Assembly (NCBI GenBank): GCA_963833555.1
Contig: CAWHYB010000002.1
Coordinates: 680,229-744,228, forward strand
Source of the DNA: an uncultured Actinomycetes bacterium
GTDB taxonomy: Bacteria; Actinomycetota; Thermoleophilia; UBA2241
DNA length: 64,000 bases
Direction of reading: 5' to 3'
The position numbers were made by a program, and so were the translations under genes. Positions 1-7,263 of the stretch are shown here, piece after piece; the first letter of the stretch is position 1, and every line of letters begins with the position of its first letter. A model generated the notes under the pieces. It did not search any database. It was not told where the DNA came from and saw only the letters and a program-made list of their open reading frames with translations.

Positions 1-174
1 CGGATCTACGCAGGCAGGCAGAGCGTTTTCTGGCCCGGGGTCTGGCCGGTCAATCCCTTCACCGGCGAACCCCTCCATCCGGGCACAGGCCCCGGCGACT
101 ATCGCTACGTTCGAGTATCGAGCAGTCGTTTCAGACTCATTGTCCTCAACCGCCACGGGAAGCCAATTCACTGA
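1..174 (+). CDS. hypothetical cassette ORF, 5' end outside window
   Basis: Open frame 1 from position 1 to a TGA at 172-174, immediately upstream of attC 181-273. Confidence 0.3.
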   Translation, partial: RIYAGRQSVFWPGVWPVNPFTGEPLHPGTGPGDYRYVRVSSSRFRLIVLNRHGKPIH

Positions 175-180
175 GGGCAC

Positions 181-273
181 ACCTAACAATCGCATCGAGC
201 AGACGCCGCTCCAAGGTATGCTCAGGTTGAAAGGCAAGCGAATGCGGCGCAGCTCATGCGCGTCACGTTAGGG
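181..273 (+). other. attC recombination site (inverse core ACCTAAC ... core GTTAGGG)
   Basis: Consensus structure CCTAACAAtcGCATCgAgCAG ... CtGCGCaTGCGcgtcACGTTAGG; imperfect inverted repeat. Confidence 0.75.
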
Positions 274-504
274 CGACGCGCCGGGCCGGCCGAGACACCG
301 CGAGTATCACCCGATCGTCCGTGGCGGCCGGCCTTGGGAGGACTTGCCGATAAGAGATAGAGGGGTGTGGGTCGCAGCCGCCAGCCCTCTTGCCGTCACG
401 GCACAGATCCGTCCTGCGGTCGTCTTCTGCGACGGCGCAGCGCCGCATCGCAGGGCAGAGTCGCCGCTGGTGGGCGGCGAGACGCGAACGGAACACCCGC
501 GCTG

Positions 505-606
505 CCCTAACAAGCGCGTCAACCTGGCAAACAGAGGCCCCAACGGTGGAGTAAAGTCCACTGGCAGCGCGGCCTCGGTTTGCAGGTTATGCGCGAAACG
601 TTAGGT
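505..606 (+). other. attC site (CCCTAAC ... GTTAGGT)
   Basis: Inverse core matches the core of the preceding attC (GTTAGGG). Inner stems GCGCgTCAACCTG / CAGGTTATGCGCG. Confidence 0.8.
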
Positions 607-613
607 TGAAGTC

Positions 614-1081
614 ATGGCCGAGATCGTAATGACAGACACCGGCTCTTCCGAGCGGGCCATCAGGCGTCCAGGCCGGTTTGCTCCGCTGCAGCTCACCATC
701 GGGGCCGCGGTCGCACTGGCGCTGGCGGTCGGGACAGCAGGTCTCGGCTGGCTGCTTCTCGTGCTGCCCCAGCCGGGTGGATCGGGCCCGTCGGTCAGCG
801 TGTTCCACGCCTACCTCGCGATTGCCTCTGTGTGGCTCGTCGCCGCTCTTGTCGGGGGACTTGGGGCCGTGACGGTCGTCAGGTGGCCGCGCCAGACCGC
901 CTGCGCCGTGGGCCTCGCCGTCGTCGCTGGGATTGCCGTCGTGCCGACCATCGGCCTCCTGCGCGGGCGCGACCTCCTGGTTCCTGAGCTGATGGCGGTT
1001 TGGCTGTTCTCTGCCGTGCCGCTCACGTTCGCAGTCGTTTCCGCTCTGAAGCGGCCCATCACTGACGACAACGGCTGTTGA
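614..1081 (+). CDS. cassette-encoded integral membrane protein (about 4 TM), unknown function
   Basis: ATG at 614, 155 aa, hydrophobic helices, followed directly by attC 1089-1181. Confidence 0.6.
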   Translation: MAEIVMTDTGSSERAIRRPGRFAPLQLTIGAAVALALAVGTAGLGWLLLVLPQPGGSGPSVSVFHAYLAIASVWLVAALVGGLGAVTVVRWPRQTACAVGLAVVAGIAVVPTIGLLRGRDLLVPELMAVWLFSAVPLTFAVVSALKRPITDDNGC

Positions 1082-1088
1082 GGACTCA

Positions 1089-1181
1089 ACCTAACAAGCA
1101 CATCGAGCAGACAGGCCCCGCAGGTATGATGCAGCACGTAAGGGCTGCGATGGCCTGCAGCTCATGTGCGAAACGTTAGGC
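1089..1181 (+). other. attC site (ACCTAAC ... GTTAGGC), subfamily B stems GCACATCGAGCAG / CTGCAGCTCATGTGC
   Basis: Inverse core is complementary to the preceding core GTTAGGT. Compensatory base changes relative to subfamily A attCs. Confidence 0.8.
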
Positions 1182-1201
1182 CGAAGCGGAGGAACGGAGT
1201 C

Positions 1202-1888
1202 GTGTCCCGACTGGAGCCCTCTACACCAGCCGTTCTCGCAGTCGCGATCCTGAGCGCAGTCTTCCTCGCCTCATCCTGCTCGTCCGGGCGACCGACGCCG
1301 TCGCCGGCAGGCCAAGCGGCGTGGGCCTCCTACGGCAACACCCGCGCCGGCTTTGCGGTGCGCTACGACCCGCGGCGGCTCACCGCGCCGACGGAGTCTT
1401 CCTCTGCCAGGAGCATCGCCGTCCGCTTCGTGGCCAATGGCCCGGTCTATCGGGGTCGCTTGACGGCCATCGGGCTCGCCGACCGCAACCAGAAGGATCG
1501 GCTCGGCTCGGCGCTGGGCGGCGTGGAGATCGACGTGTTCCGTGCGTCGCGACCGATCCTGCTTCCTCGGACCGAAGTCCTTCTCAGGGCCAAACGACTT
1601 CTGTTCCTGTCCGAAGTCGCTGCCGTGGGCTCGTCGGGCACGCGAACGGTCGCCCCCGTGCTGATCTCCGGCCTGGCTGGCGTCAAGCTGACGATGGCCT
1701 GGGGCGACCTGCGCGCCGAGGAGTACTGGTTGAGTCGCGGCAACACCTTCTACCGCCTTCAGTTCAGAGCGACGACGGCCGCCTGGCCTGGCATGGCCCC
1801 AATCTACGACGCCCTCGCGAAGTCGTTTCAACTCGAGCCGAAGCTCGGCCTAACAAGCACATGGAGCAGACAGGCCCCGCAGGTATGA
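1202..1888 (+). CDS. cassette-encoded putative lipoprotein (signal peptide ...FLASSC), unknown function
   Basis: GTG at 1202 with GGAGGA Shine-Dalgarno 8 nt upstream. The track ORF 1166.. starts inside the attC, so the downstream start is preferred. 3' end reads about 40 nt into attC 1848-1940. Confidence 0.55.
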   Translation: MSRLEPSTPAVLAVAILSAVFLASSCSSGRPTPSPAGQAAWASYGNTRAGFAVRYDPRRLTAPTESSSARSIAVRFVANGPVYRGRLTAIGLADRNQKDRLGSALGGVEIDVFRASRPILLPRTEVLLRAKRLLFLSEVAAVGSSGTRTVAPVLISGLAGVKLTMAWGDLRAEEYWLSRGNTFYRLQFRATTAAWPGMAPIYDALAKSFQLEPKLGLTSTWSRQAPQV

Positions 1889-1940
1889 TGGGCTTCGGAA
1901 GGGCTGCGATGGCCTGCAGCTCATGTGCGAGACGTTAGGC
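1848..1940 (+). other. attC site (GCCTAAC ... GTTAGGC), subfamily B
   Basis: Same architecture as attC 1089-1181; inverse core is complementary to the preceding core. Confidence 0.8.
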
Positions 1941-1948
1941 GGTTCCGA

Positions 1949-2476
1949 GTGACTGCCACCTCACTGCGACCGGTGTCACCTGGTGATCTCGCGACCATCG
2001 ACGGGTGGGCCGCGGCCCTCGGCGCCGAGGCGCCGTCGCGCACCCGCCCATACGCCGCGGGCGCCGACCGGCACGACTCCGCTTCCGGCCTTTTCTGGAA
2101 CGTGGTGGTCGGCGACGGTCGCGAGGTCGGCACCGTCTGGATCGAGCGTCTCGGCGGGCGACCCGAGGCCCGTCTCGGTGTGTTCCTCGACGACCCGGCC
2201 GACTTCGGGCGCGGCATCGGCCGCTCGGCGCTGCGGCTCGCCATCGCCGAGTATCGCGAGGCGTACCCCGGCGACTCCCTCTCGCTGCACGTGCGTGACT
2301 CCAACGCACGCGCCATCGCCTGTTACCGCGCCGTGGGCTTCGAGATCGTCGACACAGGCTCGAAGGTGCTGCCATCCGGCGAACGCGTCGCGTTCCACAC
2401 CATGGTTCTGGCAGGCCGACCGTCTGCGGCGGACCGCCTAACAAGCACATCGAGCAGACCGGCCCGGCAGGTATGA
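1949..2476 (+). CDS. GNAT family N-acetyltransferase (cassette)
   Basis: Motif GRGIGRSALRLAIAEY (acetyl-CoA-binding Q/RxxGxG/A) and about 175 aa. GTG at 1949 just after the attC core. 3' end overlaps the next attC. Confidence 0.7.
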   Translation: MTATSLRPVSPGDLATIDGWAAALGAEAPSRTRPYAAGADRHDSASGLFWNVVVGDGREVGTVWIERLGGRPEARLGVFLDDPADFGRGIGRSALRLAIAEYREAYPGDSLSLHVRDSNARAIACYRAVGFEIVDTGSKVLPSGERVAFHTMVLAGRPSAADRLTSTSSRPARQV

Positions 2477-2527
2477 TGCGAGTCGAAGGAGCGCGCTGGC
2501 CTGCAGCTCATGTGCGACACGTTCGGC
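2436..2527 (+). other. attC site (GCCTAAC ... variant core GTTCGGC)
   Basis: Subfamily B stems. The variant core is matched by the variant inverse core GCCGAAC of the next attC. Confidence 0.8.
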
Positions 2528-2556
2528 GCACTTGGTTTGAGCGGGGGACGGAGGGC

Positions 2557-3033
2557 GTGACCGTGACCGTGTCGCTGCGCGAGGTCGTCGAGGAGCTCGA
2601 GGCCCTGCCCGACGAGGCGACGCTCTACTTACATCGCGAGACCGGCGAACTCTACGCGCTCGGCGACGAGGAGGCGAGCCTTGTCGAGGACGGCCGGGCC
2701 GAGGAGCTCCCCGACTGGCTGTGCGACGACGTCCCGAGGATCCGCGAGATCCTCACCACGCAGCACTGGCTCATCCTGCCGACTCGCTTCGACGTCCACG
2801 AGTGGGCGATCATGGACGAGTTCGCCCGATCGCTCGAGGACCGGGGCCTCAGCGACGACCTGCGCGCGGCCATCCACGGCCGGGGAGCCTTCCGCGCGTT
2901 CAAGGACGCGGTCCACCGGCGCGGCGCGCATGAGGACTGGTATCGCTTCCGCGACGCAGCAATCACCGACCTCGCCGCTGCCTGGCTCGACGAGCACGGC
3001 ATCGCCTACGCTCGCGATGTGGATGCACCGTGA
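2557..3033 (+). CDS. UPF0158-family protein (cassette)
   Basis: GTG at 2557 after GGACGGAGGG. Motifs LYLHRETGELY, HEWAIMDEF and AIHGRGAFRAFKD resemble the UPF0158 family. Confidence 0.55.
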   Translation: MTVTVSLREVVEELEALPDEATLYLHRETGELYALGDEEASLVEDGRAEELPDWLCDDVPRIREILTTQHWLILPTRFDVHEWAIMDEFARSLEDRGLSDDLRAAIHGRGAFRAFKDAVHRRGAHEDWYRFRDAAITDLAAAWLDEHGIAYARDVDAP

Positions 3034-3043
3034 GGGGGGAGGC

Positions 3044-3136
3044 GCCGAACAAACGCATCAACCTGACAACGCCCGCAGCGGTGCTAGGGTTCGAACCGCA
3101 GCGAAGGCGTTGCAGGTTATGCGCGAAACGTTAGCG
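3044..3136 (+). other. attC site (GCCGAAC ... GTTAGCG), subfamily A
   Basis: Stems GCATCAACCTGACAACGCC ... CGTTGCAGGTTATGCGCG. Confidence 0.8.
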
Positions 3137-3175
3137 CCACCTACCGGAGGGCCAGTGAGAGCAGAGGGGGGAACG

Positions 3176-3674
3176 GTGGCCAAGCCGACATATCACGAAG
3201 GGGACTGGTTTGCCGTGCCGCTTCGCGGCCGGGGGCTATGCGACTGGTCTGCTGGCGCGAGCAAGTCGCAAGGGGATGCCTGTCGGCTACTTCTTCGGTC
3301 CGCGACGAGCCGCCCCAGCTCGTCTCGAGGAACTCAGCGAGCTGAGTGCCGACCAGGCCGTCTGGATCAATAGGTTCGGTGACCTCAGCCTTTCTCGCCG
3401 CACGCCCCCCGACGAGCGCTGGCCGATCATCGGTCGGTTCCCGGACTGGGAGCGTGATCTGTGGCCGATGCCCGTGTTCGGTCGCTATGAGGAGCTTACC
3501 GGGCGCTGGTTTGAAACGTACTACGCGGACCACGATCCAAGCCGACCCAGCGGCCAGAGTCAGGTTGCGCCCGGGCCGGTCGAGCAGTTGCCACGGGAAG
3601 GAATGGCAGGAGCTGGTTACGTGGAGCTGTGGCTCGACCGAGTCCTCGGAGGTGCCGCGGATGCGGGGCGCTAA
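3176..3674 (+). pseudogene. cassette ORF of unknown function, interrupted by a frameshift in a GGCCGGGGG run near 3235
   Basis: Frame X from GTG 3176 (VAKPTYHEGDWFAVPLRG) and frame Y from 3210 (GGYATGLLARASRKGMPVGYFFGP...) join into one protein after a 1-nt correction. The reconstructed 5' end vaguely resembles some polymorphic-toxin immunity proteins. Confidence 0.4.
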
Positions 3675-3761
3675 CAAACGCATCAACCTGACAACGCCTG
3701 CACCGGTGCTAGGGTTCGAGCCGCAGCAGATGCGTTGCAGGTTATGCGCGACACGTTAGAT
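3669..3761 (+). other. attC site (CGCTAAC ... GTTAGAT), subfamily A
   Basis: Inverse core is complementary to the preceding core GTTAGCG. Confidence 0.8.
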
Positions 3762-3838
3762 GCACCGAAGATGAGCCGCTCCGTCACTCCCATGGGGTAA
3801 CATCTGCGGCGCGAGGTGTTGAGGAAGAAGGGAGAAAC

Positions 3839-4051
3839 GTGTCCGTCCTTTTCAGGATCGAGCTTGAGCGAGAGACCGACGGGCGCTGGATCGCCGAGGT
3901 GGTCGAGCTGCCCGGCGTGCTCGCCTACGGCGCGAGCCAGGACGACGCCATCGCTCGCGTGCAGGCGCTCGCTCTGCGCGTGGTCGCCGACCGGCTCGAG
4001 CACGAGGAGGCCGGCCGCGAGTATCTGAACATCTCCTTCGCCGCTGCGTGA
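3839..4051 (+). CDS. hicB: HicB-like (UPF0150) antitoxin
   Basis: 70 aa; RETDGRWIAEVVELPGVLAYGASQDDAIARVQALAL matches the HicB/UPF0150 fold signature. GTG start after AAGGGAG. Confidence 0.6.
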   Translation: MSVLFRIELERETDGRWIAEVVELPGVLAYGASQDDAIARVQALALRVVADRLEHEEAGREYLNISFAAA

Positions 4052-4260
4052 GCGACTGGCCCAGCACCCGCGCCAAGCTCGTCCTCGCCGCCCTGCTGCG
4101 CATCGGCTGGACGGTCGAGCGCCAGACCGGCTCGCACCGCATCCTCTCCCGCCCCGGTTGGCCCGACCTCGTCTTCGCCTTCCACGACCGCGACGAGATC
4201 GGCCCACGCATGCTCGCCCGCATCGCCAAGCACAGCGGACTGCGGCCCGAGGACCTGTGA
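4048..4260 (+). CDS. hicA: HicA/YcfA-like mRNA interferase toxin
   Basis: 70 aa; GWTVERQTGSHRIL...GLRPEDL resembles the YcfA/HicA family. Start overlaps the hicB stop by 4 nt. Confidence 0.55.
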   Translation: MSDWPSTRAKLVLAALLRIGWTVERQTGSHRILSRPGWPDLVFAFHDRDEIGPRMLARIAKHSGLRPEDL

Positions 4261-4271
4261 GCCGGGCACCT

Positions 4272-5378
4272 GAGTTCAAGTTCGAAGTGCAACACCTGCG
4301 CTTCTGACGCTCTCTTCTACCGGGCTTGTGCATAGCACTCCTCCGGGGTCCTGTAGCCCAGTCGCTTGCGTCGGCCGCGCGTTCAGCTTCGCGGCGATCG
4401 CGTCGCAGTCGGCCTGCGTGACGTGCGCCATGCTCGTGCGCTTGGGCAGGTACTGGCGGATCAGCCCGTTGGTGTTCTCGTTGGTGCCCCGCTCCCAGGA
4501 GTGGTGCGGGGTGGCGAAGTAGAAGAGCGCACCGGTCGCCGCCTCGATCTCGGCGTAGCTGTGGAACTCGGTGCCGTTGTCGGCGGTCACGGTGGCGACG
4601 CGGCCCGGGTGCGCGGCGATCAGCTCGATGCAGCGCGCCGTCGCGTCGGCGGCGCGGTGGCGCGCGAGCTTGCCCATGACCGGTAGCCGGTCGCGCGCTC
4701 GACCATGGTCACGACGCTGTTGCGGCCGTGCTCGTTGCCCATGACCGTGTCGATCTCCCAGTGGCCGACGACCTGCGCGCGTCTCGACCTCCGCCGGCCG
4801 CTCCGAGATGTGGCGCTTGCCGGCGAGCCTGCCGCGGGAGTCGTAGGCGCCGTAGCGTTTGCGCCGCTTCTTGCCCGCCTGGCGCATGTGCCTCCACAGC
4901 TTGCCCGCCGGCGCGCTTGTCGCGCCAGACGTGGAGGTAGATCGTCTCGTAGCTGATCGCGAGCAGCTCGTGGCGGGCGCAGCCAGCCGGCGACCTGCTC
5001 GGGGCTCCAGTCGAGGCGCGAGGAGCTGCTCGACCAGCGATCCACTCCTCGGCGCCGAAGTGGCTGTTGCGGCGCGAGCGCCGGCGCCTCGCGCGCGTGC
5101 GCTCGCAGGCGGTGAAGGCGCGGTAGCCGCCGTCGGCGCGGCGGTTGCGCGCGCACCTCGCGCGAGATCGTCGAGGGCGCCCGCCCGAGGTCGCGGGCGA
5201 TGGCCCGCGACGAGAGCCCCTGTCGCCGCAGGGCGGCGATGGCGTATCGTTCTCCCGAGGTGATCTGGTGATACTGCATCTGCGGTTCCCCTTTTCTTGG
5301 CGGATTGGAGGAACCGAAGTGTCCCAGATCGCCTCACCTCTCTCGGGGGGTCGGGTGTTGCGCTTAGTATCTGAATTC
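4272..5378 (-). mobile_element. IS30-family insertion sequence (degraded), inserted between the hicA stop and the cassette's attC
   Basis: Imperfect terminal inverted repeats GAGTTCAAGTTCGAAGTGCAACACC (4272-4296) and reverse complement GAATTCAGATACTAAGCGCAACACC (5354-5378) flank a transposase reading frame. Confidence 0.65.
4276..5279 (-). pseudogene. IS30-family transposase with at least 2 frameshifts
   Basis: N-terminal HTH (YHQITSGERYAIAALRRQGLSSRAIARDLGRAPSTISRE) lies in one frame. C-terminal DDE region (DNGTEF...HHSWERGTNENTNGLIRQYLPK) lies in another frame. Confidence 0.7.
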
Positions 5379-5383
5379 GCCCC

Positions 5384-5476
5384 ACCTAACAAGCGCATCA
5401 ACCTGACAACGCCCGCAGCGCTGCTAGGGTTCAGACCGCAGCGCATGCGTTGCAGGTTATGCGCGAAACGTTAGAG
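5384..5476 (+). other. attC site (ACCTAAC ... GTTAGAG), subfamily A
   Basis: Same structure as the other subfamily A sites. Inverse core is 1 mismatch from the complement of the preceding core GTTAGAT. Confidence 0.75.
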
Positions 5477-5531
5477 CGACGTGCTGGCTTGGGGTCGCTA
5501 GACGGGGACATCTGAACGAACGGGGGGTGCG

Positions 5532-5642
5532 ATGGCGAACGGCAATTGGTCGCAGGCGTCACGAACAGCACTGCTGGTCGTGGCCTTCGGCATCGTCGCA
5601 GTCATCGCCCTCAGTGTCCTGGTTCAAGCGCTCCTGCACTAG
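5532..5642 (+). CDS. 36-aa hydrophobic single-TM peptide in a 280-bp cassette
   Basis: ATG 5532 to TAG 5640-5642 (MANGNWSQASRTALLVVAFGIVAVIALSVLVQALLH). It is the only ORF fitting between two attCs. Below the 60-aa track cutoff. Confidence 0.3.
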   Translation: MANGNWSQASRTALLVVAFGIVAVIALSVLVQALLH

Positions 5643-5669
5643 CTTGGCCGGTGCTCGCATGGGAACGCG

Positions 5670-5756
5670 CCCTAACAAGGCGTTCGAGCAGACTCGCCGA
5701 AGCTCATTGCAGGACCGTGGCGTGAGCGCTCGCTGCTCAACGCCGAAACGTTAGGC
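5670..5756 (+). other. attC site (CCCTAAC ... GTTAGGC), short divergent variant
   Basis: Stems AACAAGGCGTTCGAGCAG / CTGCTCAACGCCGAAACGTT. Confidence 0.7.
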
Positions 5757-5767
5757 AGGGTCAAGCC

Positions 5768-5986
5768 GTGACCGCATGGTTCGACAGGCTCCTTCATCGC
5801 CAGACGCGGAATCCCGAGGAGTACGAAAGAGTTCGCTGCGACCTCTGCAGCGGCACCGGCATCTGGCTCGGGCTCCAGCCGCACAACGCAACCGAGCCCA
5901 ACCCGGTGCACTTCTACAGAGGCGACCACTGCCCCAGGTGCCATGGCGACGGTTGGCTCGAGGTCAAGCGTGAGATCCATGACTAG
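5768..5986 (+). CDS. small Cys-rich (CxxC...CxxC) zinc-ribbon-like protein (cassette)
   Basis: 72 aa with CDLCSGTG and CPRCHGDG pairs. Fills the cassette between two attCs. Confidence 0.5.
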   Translation: MTAWFDRLLHRQTRNPEEYERVRCDLCSGTGIWLGLQPHNATEPNPVHFYRGDHCPRCHGDGWLEVKREIHD

Positions 5987-6025
5987 CGGCATCGGCGCCG
6001 TCGTCGGCCTCGCACCGCACGACCT

Positions 6026-6127
6026 GCCTAACAAGTGCGTCAACCTGACAAACCACGGCCCCGACAGTATGCTCGGGTCGCAAGCGCGCGTGGCCGTGGC
6101 TTGCAGGTTACGCACACCACGTTAGGC
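6026..6127 (+). other. attC site (GCCTAAC ... GTTAGGC)
   Basis: Inverse core is complementary to the preceding core. Confidence 0.8.
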
Positions 6128-6170
6128 GTATCTGTCCAGGCGCCTTGAGGCCGGAACCAGGGGGGGCATC

Positions 6171-6656
6171 GTGGATATCGGCTCGCGACCTTTCACCAGG
6201 TGGGCGCTTGCCATCGCCGGCGTCGTCGGTGTCTGCGTGGCCGGACTGCTTCCCGTGACCCTGACTCAGTACGGCCACCGGATCATCGCGCTGTCGCTCA
6301 CGCGGAGGCTGGGCGACTGGGTCGTCGGCGCTCCTCCGGCCGGACTGACCCTGCTCGTCGCGGGCTTTCTCTGCGCGCTTCTGCTGCTCGTTGCGAGGTG
6401 GCCGGTGAAGGCGTGCGCTGCCGTCGCCCTGGCTTGGTTCGTCTTCGCACAGGCGGCCTTCCGGCCGGACGGCCGCTGGGCTCAAGAGATGGCTCAGACC
6501 TTCGACATGACACGCTTCTATGTCGGCGGGCTCGTGACCATGGCGGTCCTGCTGGCGCTCTCGATCCTTGCGCTGATCACAGCCGTGGTCGCGAGCCCAG
6601 TCCAGGCACGAGGCAAGCCCGCTCCTGCACACGTGGCGCCGACGCCGGATGCTTGA
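6171..6656 (+). CDS. cassette-encoded membrane protein (4-5 TM), unknown function
   Basis: 161 aa, hydrophobic helices, ATG at 6171. Confidence 0.55.
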   Translation: MDIGSRPFTRWALAIAGVVGVCVAGLLPVTLTQYGHRIIALSLTRRLGDWVVGAPPAGLTLLVAGFLCALLLLVARWPVKACAAVALAWFVFAQAAFRPDGRWAQEMAQTFDMTRFYVGGLVTMAVLLALSILALITAVVASPVQARGKPAPAHVAPTPDA

Positions 6657-6674
6657 TCTCGGTAGGCGCAGAAC

Positions 6675-6767
6675 GCCTAACAATCGCATCAACCTGACAA
6701 CGCCCGCGGCGGTGCTAGGGTTCGCAGCGCAGCGCACGCGTTGCAGGTTATGCGCGAAACGTTAGCA
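6675..6767 (+). other. attC site (GCCTAAC ... GTTAGCA); last attC, end of array
   Basis: Subfamily A; no further attC follows, and GC content drops immediately after. Confidence 0.8.
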
Positions 6768-6825
6768 ACATCAGCATGAAGGAAGCCGGTAGTTCTTTTG
6801 GTCCGGCCTGGATGAGAGGGCCTGC

Positions 6826-7115
6826 TTGAGGACTAAGACGATGCTCATCGTCGGCACCGCTGCTGTCTTTGCCCGCCATTGTCGCAGCGCTCGTATTGAG
6901 GCTCGCAGGAAGAGATCGCAAGCGTGGCGAAGGCTTACCGTGTTTATTTTAGAAAAGCGGACGGCGGCTCGGAGGATTACACCGTCGATCATTCGGTATT
7001 CGTTTATCTCATGGACCGGGATGGAAATTACTTAACTCACTTCATGTTCAACACCCCGGCGGAAAACATGGTGAGCGTGATTAAAAAGCGCATTTCCGGC
7101 GATAAAAGCTCCTGA
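6826..7115 (+). pseudogene. sco: SCO1/SenC-family copper chaperone remnant with an internal deletion
   Basis: An N-terminal membrane anchor (MLIVGTAAVFA.AIVAALVLRLAGRDRK, two frames) is joined directly to the C-terminal 70 aa (GSQEEIASVAKAYRVYFRKADGGSEDYTVDHSVFVYLMDRDGNY...). The thioredoxin-like CxxxC core is absent. About 290 nt remain, versus about 600 nt expected. Confidence 0.6.
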
Positions 7116-7263
7116 TTTAGGCTGATGCTCAACCAAAGGTCAATTTTAAGTTCGAAGGGGGTGTGTCAACCTAGCGTGGACGGCGCGTTATGATTTCAAC
7201 GGTTTGGGAGGCGCTTGTAGCGTGGTCTTTCTGTGAAGCGTTCACTCAACATAAGGGGATCAC

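Larger units (their letters stand above)
1..6767 (+). mobile_element. Integron gene-cassette array (3' portion; intI/attI upstream of window); 11 attC sites, 10 complete cassettes
   Basis: Eleven ~90-100 nt imperfect-palindrome elements each begin with RYYYAAC (e.g. GCCTAAC) and end with GTTRRRY (e.g. GTTAGGC). The TTRRRY at the start of each cassette is complementary to the RYYYAA of that cassette's own attC (267-273 GTTAGGG / 505-511 CCCTAAC; 600-606 GTTAGGT / 1089-1095 ACCTAAC; 2521-2527 GTTCGGC / 3044-3050 GCCGAAC; 3130-3136 GTTAGCG / 3669-3675 CGCTAAC). This is the expected signature of attC x attI/attC recombination between G and TT. Cassettes are 280-760 bp, one + strand ORF each. Confidence 0.85.

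Noticed and set aside
344-604. 86-aa ORF in cassette 1
   Set aside because: Reads straight through the attC site with Arg/Gly-rich composition. The cassette may carry a shorter or no ORF, so it is not called.
3090-3110. GGGTTCGAACC, reminiscent of a tRNA T-arm
   Set aside because: Lies inside attC 3044-3136 and recurs in other attCs. No acceptor or anticodon arm context, so it is not a tRNA.
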